A DNA stretch of 63,533 nt, counting the filler, from Octopus bimaculoides (Eukaryota), in NCBI RefSeq assembly GCF_001194135.2. It is 6 parts of 6 records of this genome, joined end to end, with 100 filler letters (N's around TTAATTAATTAA, not from the genome) between each part and the next. Parts side by side here need not be neighbours in the genome. Positions count along the whole stretch, not along the records: positions 35,020 to 51,235 come from NC_069006.1; positions 51,336 to 60,943 come from NC_068988.1; 4 more parts are not named here. One strand, written 5' to 3'. The notes below the pieces were generated by a model. That model was not told the DNA's origin and did not search any database. It saw only the letters and a list, made by a program, of their open reading frames with translations. Shown here in pieces: positions 41,115 through 51,877 of this stretch (positions within the stretch are counted from its first letter, which is position 1; the number at the start of each line of letters is the position of its first letter). The position numbers and the translations under genes are program-made.

Positions 41115-41372
41115 TGGTACATAAAATACACCGTTTTGAGCGTGGTCGTTGCCAGTACCACCTGACTGGCCTTCGTGCGGGTGACACGTAAAAGCACCCA
41201 CTACACTCTCGGAGTGGTTGGCGTTAGGAAGGGCATCCAGCTGTAGAAACTCTGCCAAATCAGATTGGAGCCTGGTGTTGCCATCCGGTTTCACCAGTCC
41301 TCAGTCAAATCGTCCAGCCCATGCTAGCATGGAAAGCGGACGTTTAAACGATGATGATGATGATGATGATGA
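41115..41372 (+). mobile_element. RTE-tail-like interspersed repeat ending in (GAT)n
   Basis: Near-identical copy at about 42150-42470; others at 47295-47445 and 49712-49995 (-). Confidence 0.75.
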
Positions 41373-41766
41373 TGGTCCCTCATGCAGTTGGAACTTGATG
41401 ATGTGTTCTGGATGGAACCAAACAGTATGTCAAAGCTCTCTGCTGAATAACTCTCCTGTCTCCATATCAAGATCTGAACTGAATCATGCATTGCACCTCA
41501 CAGAAGAATAGCGGAAAAGATTCTTCTTTTTAAAGCTGAAGGTGGGCTCCAGTGAACAAACATAATTTGCCTGCACTAGGCTGGTCTATCACCTGATGGG
41601 ATTGGATAGCCCGCATAAAGCCCAGAAAAACCCAACCATCAAGTGACCAGGTCATGTGACCACTTGTAGAAAACACACGTATGAGCTGGTGTTGGGGGTA
41701 TTTAAAGCAAAACAGCCGAATGATAAATAAACTTCTGCTGCAATATAATCGTAAGCAATATTAACA

Positions 41767-41966
41767 TCAAATTAGCTTTTTAATTGAATATAGATATTTA
41801 ATTGCTTGAAAACACTCAGCTTCTTCCAGAGCATCTCTCAGGGGACAACATGATTTACAACCCTTAAACCACTTCTTTAACATTCGGTAACTCTGTTCTT
41901 CGGGATCACTAGGAAAGTTATTCTCAATTGTTGCCAGTACATCCTTTTCAATTCTTAAGAAAATAC
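41767..41966 (-). CDS. Exon 7 (terminal): rest of death domain (GIFLRIEKDVLATIENNFPSDPEEQSYRMLKKWFKG...LRDALEEAECFQAIKYL...)
   Basis: Acceptor catcttttacag; contains the 'I..I....P....EQ...ML..W' death-domain signature; TGA at 41769-41767. Confidence 0.83.
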
Positions 41967-44565
41967 CTGTAAAAGATGCATGAAAAAGAAACTGTTACAA
42001 CAACAACAATAACAACATTAATGCACCAAGACAGCAGTCCCCAACATTTTTTGCACAACGGACTGATTTCAGGCAAGAGTTTTCCTACAAGCCCTGGGAT
42101 CACATGCATTACAAAACAAAAAGTACGCCCGTGACATGTGTAAGGATTTTCGAGCGAGATCGTTGCCAGTGCTCCTGGACTGGCTCTTGTGCGGGTGGCA
42201 CATAAAATGCACCATTTTGAGCGTGGCCATTGCCAGTACCGCCTAACTGGCCTTCGTGCAGGTGACACGTAAAAGCACCCACTACACTCTCTGAGTGGTT
42301 GGCGTTAGGAAGGGCATCCAGCTGTAGAAACTCTGCCAAATCAGATTGGAGCCTTGTGTTGCCATCTGGTTTCACCAGTCCTCAGTCAAATCGTCCAACC
42401 CATGCTAGCATGGAAAGCGGACGTTAAACGATGATGATGATGATGATATATAATGATGATGATGATGATGATGCATATATAATACATATGTAATACATAT
42501 ATAATACACGTACACATATATAACTTATTTAATGCATATATATCCCATATATGAGGGTCGACTGAAATGTTCAGAGGTTGATCAAGATACACTCCTGATA
42601 TATGACCAAATGAGGTTTTTATTTTTCAACATTAGTCCCTCTTGCTGTTCATACACTTCTTCCATCGGCTTTGCAGTACTTGGATGCTGTTGGTGAAGAA
42701 GCTTTCACTGTGTTGCACAAAAAAGTCATCAACAGCATACATGAAGTCGTGTCATCAACAGCAGACATGAAGTCGTGTCATCAACAGCTGACATGAAGTC
42801 GTGTCATCAACAGCTGACATGAAGTCGTTATCACTGTGATATCGGTTCCCAGCCAAGTGGTTTTTTTTTCAAGTTGGGGAACAGATGATAGTCAGACGGA
42901 GCTAAATCAGGAGAATAGTAAGGCTGATCAACCATTTCAAGCCACAGCCATATACAGCAGCCATTGAAACCAAGTACTCATGTGCTGTAGCATGGTCCAG
43001 ATGAAACAAGACTCCTTTTGTCAGTTTTGCTGGCAATTTGGTCTTGGTAGCCTTTCATAACTGTCTTAGCAAGTTGATATAGTACTCTCCATTGATGGTA
43101 TGGCCCCTTTGAAGATAGTCAATAAACACAATGCCTTTTACATCCCAAAAACTGAGAGCATTACCTACTCTGCAGATGAGTCAACCTTGGCTTTCTTTGA
43201 AGCAAATGACGAGGGGTGTTTCCACTTCATGGATTATCTCTTTGTCTCTGGCTCAAAATAATGAACCCAACACCCATTCTGGGTTAGGAAACGTGCAAGG
43301 AAACCAGCTGGATCTGCCTCAAACAATGTCAGTTTTTCCCCATGATGTGATCAGCCTGGTGCACTTTTGATCAGGTGTCAGATGTGGCACCCATCGAATA
43401 GAAACCTTCATCAGGCCAAGTTCATTGTGCAGAATACTCTAAACTCTCTCACAGGATATGCTCATATCATCGGCTATTTGCTTTAGAGTGAATTGCCTGT
43501 TACCCATCACCATGTGATGAACGCAATCAATGCTTTCCAAAAGCTTGGTTAAATGTAAAATTCACAGAAATAAGCAATGTGCTGTAATTTTCTACTTACC
43601 AACTTGCTGCCATTTAGTTGGTAACACTTTTGCTATCTTTAGCAAGTCCTTTTCCTCCAGTTTTTGATAATCTGCAAAAATATTTCGAAGTCTTTCACAT
43701 TGTATTGATTTCAGATTTTGGCACAAGGCCAGCAATTTTGGAGGAGGGTGTAAATCAATTACATCAACACCAGTGTTGTAAAAAACTGGCACTCTGTTTG
43801 ATGAGGATTCCAGTTGGTTCGATTGCCAGAACAGCATGCTAGTGGCTGAGCATTCCACAGGCAAGGCGTAGCCTTCATGTTGCTCTCTAGGAGTTTCAGC
43901 ACAACACAGAATATAACAAGACTGGCCAGTTGAATTACAGCTACAACTCATTTTTGCCAGCTGCGTGTACTGGAGCAACGAGAAACAAAGCGTTATATTC
44001 AAGAAAACAATAAAACGATAAACGTCGCCCTTTTAAAGCCTAGCTAGGCTCATGGGCCCAGTTTCTATGGCGTATGTGTTCCCCCCAGCTGGACGGGATG
44101 CCAGTCCATCGCAGCGTTACTCAAGAAACAGGAAGAAAGAGTGAGAGAAAGTTGGGGCGAAAGAGTACAACAGGGGTCGCCACCACCCCCTGCCGGAGCC
44201 TCGTGGGTCTCAGGTGTTTTCGCTCAATAAACACTCACAATGCTCGGTCTGGGAATCGAAACCACAATCCTCTGACCACGAGTCCGCTGCCCTAACCACT
44301 GGGCTATTGCACCTCCGCCAAGAAAGCAATGTACCACTGGAAATTTTGCCAGATTATGGCAAAACCGGAATTAAAGCAAAACATAAACCACGTTATTTCA
44401 TACTGTAGCTGTGTGGTTAAGAACCTTGTATCCCAACCATGTGGTCTTGGGTTCCATCTCACTACACTGCATTTTAGGCAAGTGAATTCCACTATTGCCC
44501 TAGGCTGACACCAAAACCTTCTGTGTAGATCTGGTAGATGGAAACTGAAAGAAGCGTATCAAGCA

Positions 44566-44600
<35 letters not shown>

Positions 44601-47600
44601 CTTTATTTTTCTATTTGGCCCTCACCATCACTTGACAACTGGTCTTGGTTTGTTTGCATCCCTGTAACTTAGCAGTTCAGTTGAAAGAAGACCAACAGAA
44701 TAAGTATTAATCTTAGAAAGCAAGCATTGCGGTCAATTTGTTCAACCAAACTCTTCAAAGTGGTACCCAAGTATGGCCGCAGTCCAATGAAAGAAACAAG
44801 TAAAAATCGAAACCAATGCAGAAGATGTACGATTCAGTCGATGACCCACACAGACTGATCATAAAATATTTCCTTACCGAATACATTTTTGGTTGTTACT
44901 GGTTGTCGACACTGGGGACATTTTTTCAGTCTAATTTTAGAGCATTCCTTACATGTTCTTTTGTGTCCACATGGAAGGAATTTCACAGTGACCTGCTTAT
45001 CTCCACACAGCACACATTTATCCCTGTAATAGTGTAACATAGAATAAAATATAAGAAGAATAGAACTTACATATAAGTAATTTAAGTAAAATTATATGAT
45101 TTCTTATTTTTCAGTGTGTGTGCTTAAGAAAATCATGGCTTATTTTAGAATGCTTTGAATTTATAGGGTATTATTAATTCAGTTTACTTTAGTGCCATAT
45201 ATCTGTCTCCCAAGTGAATTAATTTTACATTATTTACATTTTGAATAGAAATATACAGTTTGTATGCCTTATTTGAGTAATACATCCCCAATATAACAAC
45301 CACCTTACGTCACTGGTGAGCACTTACTCAGGTGAGAAAAATCCATTTATTTTCTTCTTAAAATCTGGATCTTTTATGATGTCAAGTGGTGTCACATTGC
45401 TGTAGTTTTCATAAACTTTTTTTCTTCGATCTGTTAGAAAGCATTCCACTACTTTTCCAGGAACTTTGTCTTCCTTGCTCAAGCCAAGTTCAGAGCAGAA
45501 CTATAATAAAAAATGAAATATAAAACAATGGGTATTAATTAGGCCACAATATACAATTAACCTTTTAGCATTTAAATGGGTAACACCTGGCCTAAATATT
45601 CTACCTGTTTTACATTCAAAGAAACTAGATCCAGCTTCTCACACCTAACCTACAATGTCATTCTAAGAATACAAAAACAATCACATCATTAAAATCTCAA
45701 AGCTACAAGTTAATGAATGATTAATTTGAAACAACATGAATAAATAAGCATTATTTGATTGAATAATCTGAATGCTAAAAGGTCAAACTAACCTTATCCA
45801 GCCCAGATATTCCTGTTTTATGTTCACCCTGGCCAGATCTGACCTCATGATTGTGAGCCTGATGCCCTAACTGCTAAGGCATGTGCCTTCACTGTGGACA
45901 ATACTTTGTTTATAATAATATTGAAGGACAGTGAATAAGATCAATAAATCTATAAAATCACATAAATCTAGAGAGTGTATGTGTTAACTAACCTGGGAGA
46001 GCATCAAAGCCACCACATCATAGTGTTGCCTGAAAGTTATACAGAAAGATAACATTAAAACTAAAAGTTACGTTTTTACAAATATTCAGATAATTAATTG
46101 TTAAATTAGTAATTGATGAAAGCAAACATAAACCCAGAGAGTGCAAACCTCCGCCAAGGCAACACCTACACCGTCTCAACAATTCTATAGAGATGACTTT
46201 TAAAATAAGAATATCTGAAATAAACTTGACTCCTCTCATAAATGAGAATATTAAATATGAACCTGACCACTCTCAAAAATTTTTTAAATCAGAAAAATAA
46301 TCCAGAATCCTTGTCCAGTACTGGATTGATCCCAAAATCTCATTAGTTTGTGCCAGTCACAAGGCCAAACATCTCAGAAAGTTTCATCCGAATTCATCTG
46401 GCGGTTCTTGAGATATCTTGTCCACAGACAAACAAATAAACACGATTGAAAACAATACCTTTGCTTTCACTAAGATGGAGGTAAGAAGTAAAATCTCTCT
46501 AATTACAACATCAATAATTTCTACAATATAATTCTGTATATACACTCTATATAGAACTGTATCAATGAAGGCATGTGGCTTAGTGGTTAGGGTAACCGGC
46601 TCATGACTGTAAGGTCATGAGTTTGATTCCCGGCAGCACATTGTGTCCTTGAGCAAGACACTTTATTTCACAGTGCTCCAGTTCACTCAGCTGGCAAAAA
46701 TGAGTTGTACCAGTAATTCAAAGGGCCAGCCTTGTCACATTCTGTGTCACGCTGTGGAGTGCTCTGCCACTTGCATGTTAATTTCACAAGCAGACTGTTC
46801 CATTGATCGGGTTAACCACTAGGCTATGTGCCTATAATAATAATCCTTTCTACTATAGGCACAAGGCCTGAAATTTTGTGGGAGGGGACTAGTCAATTAC
46901 ATCAACCCCAGTGCTTGACTGGTACTTAATTTATCAACCCTGAAAGGATGAATGGCAAAATCGACCTTGGCAGAATTTGAACTTAGAAAATACAGATGAA
47001 ATGTTGCTAAACTTTTAGTCCTGAATGTTAATTACTCTCCCAGCTTGCTGTCTTAATGATGATGATGTTGATGATAGTAATATTCCTTTCTACTATAGGC
47101 ACAAGGCCTGGATTTTGTGGGGAGGGGAACAATCAATCACATCGACCCCAGTTTGCAACTGGTACTTATTTAATTGACCCCAAACATATGAAAGGCAAAG
47201 TTGACCCTGGCAGAATATGGACTTTGAATGTAAAAATGGATGAAATGCCGTTAAGCGTTTTGCCCGGTGTGCTAATCATTCTGCCGGCTAGCCACCTTAA
47301 TCATCATCATCGTTGTTGTTTAACGTCCACTTTCCATGCTGGCATGGGTTGCACGGTTTGACTGAGGACTGGCGAGCCAGAAGGCTGCACCAGGCTCCAA
47401 TCTGATCTGGCAAAGTTTCTACAGCTGAATGCCCTATCTAGTGCAGCTTTGATGTCGCATTTTTAATTCATCAGCAACATGGAAAATATTTCTGCAGCGA
47501 AGTAAAATTCTGTTAATTGTTCATGAGTGTTGTACATTCATTATACACAGCCAGAACCCAACTCAATTACCAGTGTCTCATATCCTTCATCCTATATCCA

Positions 47601-50278
47601 TCTTGACAACAGAAACAAAGGCAGTATATTTGAACAGAAATATGGTAACAAAAGGATTAATGACTCTACAAAAACAAACATTATTGAAAATATGCAATTA
47701 AAGATAAAAGAAACAGATGTGAATATTCCAGATTATTGTTGACTTACCCTAAAACTGCCAGATGTAGAGGTGTGCTACCATCATTATTCATCACATTGAC
47801 ATCAGAAGTAAACTTTATCAACATCGCCACTGTAGCAATGCGACCACCCCTACAGGCCAGGTGTAAAGGAGTGTTACCTTTACTCGTCAGCACATTGATA
47901 TCAGGTTTAAACTCCATTAACCACTTTGCTATGAGATTATCTCCATGGTGACAGACCAGATGTAAAGGTGTATTGCCTTGCTTGTCTGCTACATTGATAT
48001 TAGGTCTAGATTGTAGAAACACCTGTACAGTATCACTGTGTCCACAATGACAGACCACATGTAGAGGTGTGTGACCATACTTATTCATTAGATTAACATT
48101 AGGTTCTGAAAGTATTAACTCTCTAACTGTGTCACTATATCCACCTCGACAAGCCACATGTAGGGCTGTATCACCATATTTATTCATCGCATTGACATCA
48201 GCTTTAAACTGCATTAATACTTTCAGTATGTCACTGTGCCCACCACAGCAAGTCACATGTAGGGGTGTATTACCATTTTCATCCACCATATTGACATCAG
48301 GCTTAGAGGAGGTTGTCAACCACTTTACTGTGTCGGTGTTTCCACTACCACAGGCCATGTGCAGAGGTGTGTAGCCAAACATATTCTGCGCATTGACATC
48401 AGGGATAGACTTCATCAACAGTTCAACCAAATCACTGCATCCACCACCACAGGCCAAATGTAGAGGTGTGTTACCATTATTGTTCTTTGCCCTAACAGCA
48501 GGCTTAGATGCTAACAACATTTTTACCATGTTGTGATGTCCTCCTAAACAGGCCAAGTGCAGAGGTGTGTTACCATCATTGTTCTTCGCCTTAACATCAG
48601 GTTTAGATGCTAACAGCATCTCTACCATATCATGATGTCCTCTTAAACAGGCCACATGCAGAGGTGTGTTACCCTCTTTGTTCACCACATTCACATCAGG
48701 TTTAAATTGCAGGAACATTTTTACTGCACTATTGTGCTTGTCACGGCAGGCCGCATGTAGAGGTGTGTCACCATAAATATTTGCTACATTGACATCATGT
48801 TTGGACTTCAACAACAACTCCATTATGTCAATTTTTTCGCCATCAGAGGCTACATGAAGTGGTGTGTTACCATACTTATCCCCCACATTAATGTCAGGTG
48901 CTGACCTCAACAACATCTCCACCATTTCGATTTGTCCACCACCACAAGCCACATGTAGAGGTGTTCCTCTATACATTTTATCCACCAAATTGAGATCAGC
49001 TCCACCTTGCAGCAACAGTTCTACCATGTCAACATTTCCAACACTAACAGCCACATGTAAAGCTGTTCTACCTCCAGGGTCTTCTTTATTGATCTGAAAA
49101 AGATACATTGAAATGGTGTGTACAACAGGGGAGGAAAAGTGTGAGTAGACGGGAAATGGGAGTGAGAGTCTCTAAAGGAAGCAGGTGCAGACAGAGAAGA
49201 GCAGGTGAGAGAATTAGATTAACAGGAGGAAACAAGTGGTAGGAGAGAGAGAGAGAGAGAGAGAAGGAATGTAAGGGGGAGAGTGAGATAGATCTTCCCA
49301 GGGGCACAGTGAGAAGCGGCCGTGATTTAAACTGAAGGCAGCTCCTGGCCATAATCTAGTTGATAATTTCTGATTTTTAAAATACTGTTATTGTTGGATG
49401 GGGATCTATCCTTTAATGCAAACTGTCAAATTTAGCCCAAACACCCTGTGTGCGTGTGCGTGTGTGTGTGTGTGAAGGTGCGTGACCTAATGGTTAAACT
49501 GTTGCACTCACAATCACTAGATTGTGGGTTTGATTCCCTGATTGGGTGGCATATAGTGTTCTTGAGAAAAACACTTCATTTCACACTGCTCCAATCCTGA
49601 TCACCTAGCCAGCAGGGTGGCATCATTTGAAGGCTAAAACAATGCAAAATGCATTGTGACTAGTGATGTGTAACAACATCTAATAGCCTGGTTGGTCATG
49701 TGATATATATATCATCATCAGCATCATTTAACGTCTGTTGTCCATGCTGGCATGGGTTGGATGGTTTGACCAGGGCTGGCAAGGCTGGAAGGCTGCACCA
49801 GACCCCAGTCTGATTTGGCATGGTTTCTACACCTGGATGCCCTTCCTAATGCCAACCAGCCCAAGAATATAATGGGTGCTCTTACGAACCACCAGCACGG
49901 ATAACATATGCATGGCACCGGTATCTGCCACGACTGCAGTTTTACTTGGCTTGATGGGTCTTCTTCTCAAGCATGGCATAATGCCTCCGTGAGGCCCAGT
50001 GCTCGAAGCCCAGCATAATGTTACACACACACACACACACACATATGATGATGATGATGATGATGATGCTGTCACTGATGAGGATTTGATGGGAGGATAT
50101 AAATGAAGATGGAGGACGATATGAAACTTCACACTGGTTTGACATTGACTAATATAAAAAGACATATAAGTGGAAATGTGAAAAGATAACTTACTGTTTG
50201 TTGATTTTCTGCAATAAATTGTTCAACATGTTTCATGTCCCCTTTCATAATCTCACATAAACTCTTGTAAAAGGCCAT
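41767..50278 (-). CDS. Spliced gene encoding an ankyrin-repeat (about 14) + C3HC4 RING + death-domain protein, 685 aa; join(50278-50195,49093-47748,46029-45993,45500-45328,45023-44878,43671-43600,41966-41767)
   Basis: Exon lengths 84+1346+37+173+146+72+200=2058 nt (686 codons including TGA). All six introns are GT-AG and their phases (0,2,0,2,1,1) match with no internal stop. Domain motifs were recognised in the translation. MIB-like putative E3 ligase, but no MIB/HERC2 or ZZ domain is seen, so no symbol is given. Confidence 0.85.
42550..43575 (-). mobile_element. Mariner (DD34D-type) transposase pseudogene in intron 6
   Basis: Degenerate WVHYFEPETKRQSMKWKH, VMLSVFWDVKG, GHTINGEYY, YSPDLAPSDYHLFP; TIR-like tatgagggtcgactgaaatgttc at about 42550. 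Confidence 0.85.
42725..42828. repeat. 4x26-bp tandem repeat inside the mariner remnant
   Basis: (gtcatcaacagcWgacatgaagtcgt)x4. Confidence 0.9.
43600..43671 (-). CDS. Exon 6: start of death domain (DYQKLEEKDLLKIAKVLPTKWQQV)
   Basis: Acceptor atatttttgcag, donor G|gtaagt; L..IA..L...W..(V/L) helix 1-2 pattern of death domains. Confidence 0.8.
44025..44315 (-). mobile_element. tRNA-derived SINE (distinct family) in intron 5
   Basis: ggaggtgcaatagcccagtggttagggcagcggactc...ggtttcgattccc head. Confidence 0.7.
44405..44810 (+). mobile_element. SINE family B/C: tRNA-like head + internal (TG)n microsatellite + conserved tail
   Basis: ctgtgtggttaag...ggtagatggaaactgaaagaag-(TG)n-...ttgacaac...ggccgcagtccaatga. 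The same architecture occurs at 50375-50665 (+) and 33325-33760 (-). Tails alone occur at about 8800, 36985, 56895 and 60690; heads alone at about 53560, 55595 and 59375. Confidence 0.75.
44878..45023 (-). CDS. Exon 5: C3HC4 RING finger (IAP/MIB-type)
   Basis: CVLC-x11-CGH-x3-CxxC-x7-CPQC; acceptor tattacag, donor G|gtaagg. Confidence 0.92.
45328..45500 (-). CDS. Exon 4: linker with a degenerate capping ankyrin-like motif (FCSELGLSKEDKVPG...NVTPLDIIKDPDFKKKINGFFSP)
   Basis: Acceptor ttttttattatag, donor GA|gtaagt; open only in the frame required by the flanking exons. Confidence 0.8.
45561..45782. mobile_element. piggyBac-like MITE in intron 3
   Basis: TTAA|ccttttagcatt ... aatgctaaaagg|TCAA. 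Confidence 0.6.
45993..46029 (-). CDS. Exon 3 (37 nt): completes ankyrin repeat 14, (G)QHYDVVALMLSQ
   Basis: Acceptor tatctttctgtataactttcag, donor CAG|gttagt; phase 2 to 0 fits the neighbouring exons. Confidence 0.8.
46125..46484 (+). mobile_element. Non-autonomous element with subterminal inverted repeats (Helentron/HINE-like)
   Basis: acctccgccaagg near the 5' end and ctaagatggaggtaa at the 3' end; family assignment is inferred. Confidence 0.45.
46570..46830 (+). mobile_element. tRNA-derived SINE family D
   Basis: ggcatgtggcttagtggttagg...gtttgattcc (A/B boxes)...tccttgagcaagacactttatttcac; other copies at about 32095, 37760, 49475 (+) and 54255-54530 (-). Confidence 0.75.
46845..47300 (-). 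mobile_element. Two tandem SINE A copies in intron 2 (CpG-decayed)
   Basis: Match to the family with many CpG to TpG/CpA changes. Confidence 0.8.
47748..49093 (-). CDS. Exon 2: 13.5 tandem ankyrin repeats
   Basis: Repeating GxTPLHxAC...G..D.V..LL....DVN motif at about 33-aa period; acceptor tctttttcag|ATC, donor GG|gtaagtc. Confidence 0.97.
50195..50278 (-). CDS. Exon 1 (coding part): MAFYKSLCEIMKGDMKHVEQFIAENQQT
   Basis: ATG at 50278, donor ACA|gtaagt. An acceptor ttctatctctttctag lies at 50313 and the frame is open from there to the ATG, so the N-terminus could be longer. Confidence 0.7.
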
Positions 50279-51341
50279 GTCTTTGAATGTATCAAAAAAT
50301 GAGTAAAATATGCTAGAAAGAGATAGAAATAAACAATAATAATAAAAAAATTAGTTACAGCAAATTATGTAATGAAGGCTGTGTGGTAAGAAGCTTGCTT
50401 CCTGACCACATGGTTCTGGGTTCAGTCCCACTGCATGGCACCTTGGGCAGATGTCTAGGTGTCTTCTACTATAGCCTCTGGCTGACCAAAGCCTTGTAGG
50501 TGGATTTGGTAGATGGAAACTGAAAGAAGCCCGTCGTATATATGTATATGTATGTATCTATGTATGTGTCTCTTTGTGTCTGTGTTTGTCCCCCAATCAC
50601 CGCTTGACAACTGGTGTTGGTATGTTTATGTCCCTGTAACTTAGCAGTTTGGCAAAAAGATACATAGACACAGGTGTGACTGTGTGGTAAGAAGTTTGCT
50701 TCCCAATCACATGGTTCTGGGTCCTGTCCCACTGCATGGCACCTTGGGCAAGTAAAGATAAAAGAAACAGAAGACATTGACTCTAAAAACATCCCATGAA
50801 ATATTCTGGGTGAACACTTGTGTGATGAAGATGCTGATGTTCTCTTGAAGTGTTTCAGTTTGTAAGACAGTGTACCAGGAGAAAGTGTGATATTGTTGGA
50901 AAAAAGTATATTTGCATGGATGATGGTTCACTTGCAGTTAGTGAATCTGCAAAGAAAGAAGCTTGGAAGGGCCTCATCTTCGAAACGCCTAGTTTAGAAT
51001 AGAGGCAGCTGATGAAGGAATAATTCCATAAGTGGCCCGTCTGTTTTCCTATGTGTTTGTTCGTCTGTAAACAAAGTCCATTTTTGTGCTTTATGTTCCC
51101 CCATTCATTTTTATGACGTCCTGTACCCGGATATGCATCTATATATACATGTAGATGTAGGTATGTACATATATGTATGTATACATGCATATGCTCAGAT
51201 ATCAATTGTATTATATATATATATATGTGTATATANNNNNNNNNNNNNNNNNNNNNNNNNNNNNNNNNNNNNNNNNNNNTTAATTAATTAANNNNNNNNN
51301 NNNNNNNNNNNNNNNNNNNNNNNNNNNNNNNNNNNTATATA

Positions 51342-51877
51342 CAGGGTGGCAATAAAGTCACTATACAGTTATTTACAATACCATTTAAGACAAAGCAATT
51401 AAAGCTCATGGAAATCATCTTATTTTTTTGTTAAACAGGAACTGCGGCAGTTTGTAATGTTTTTAAGTAGTTAGTTGCGGTAACTGTTTCGTCAAAGATG
51501 ATTCCATCCCAATCGGTTACTCCTGGTTGGTTCAACTGATGAGGATTCTCTGAAGCCTAGTAAGAGCAATAGTTTACACTTCCTGATAGCTTCAATTGTG
51601 CTTCGTCAGACCACAATATCTTATCGAGTAGAATAGGTGTATAAACGACACTCGAGAACAAGCCGACAGGTATAACGCATTAAGTTAGATGTTAGGTTGC
51701 GTAAACTTCTCTCATTGGTCAGGTTAACTTCTGATAAGCTACAATTATAAACCATCTTTGATGATCCATAAGTTACAATCGTGAACCTGTTTCTGCGTCG
51801 TGTGTATTGCTTCGCTTTTTTTGTTAGTTTTGCTTTATTATTATAAGTAACTCTATAGTGACTGTATTGCCACCCTG
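51342..51877 (-). mobile_element. Internally deleted Tc1/mariner-superfamily element inserted in a TA repeat
   Basis: TIRs CAGGGTGGCAATAAAGTCACTATA / CTATAGTGACTGTATTGCCACCCTG flanked by TA; internal remnant ILWSDEAQLKLSGSVN...ASENPH. Confidence 0.85.

Noticed and set aside
41061-42375. Two near-identical ORFs (MKPDGNTRLQSDLAEF...)
   Set aside because: Antisense translations of two copies of the RTE-tail repeat.
47748-49093. Cys after TPLHxx in 11 of 14 ankyrin repeats as a possible redox or metal array
   Set aside because: Cys is a common residue at this ankyrin consensus position; there is no other support.
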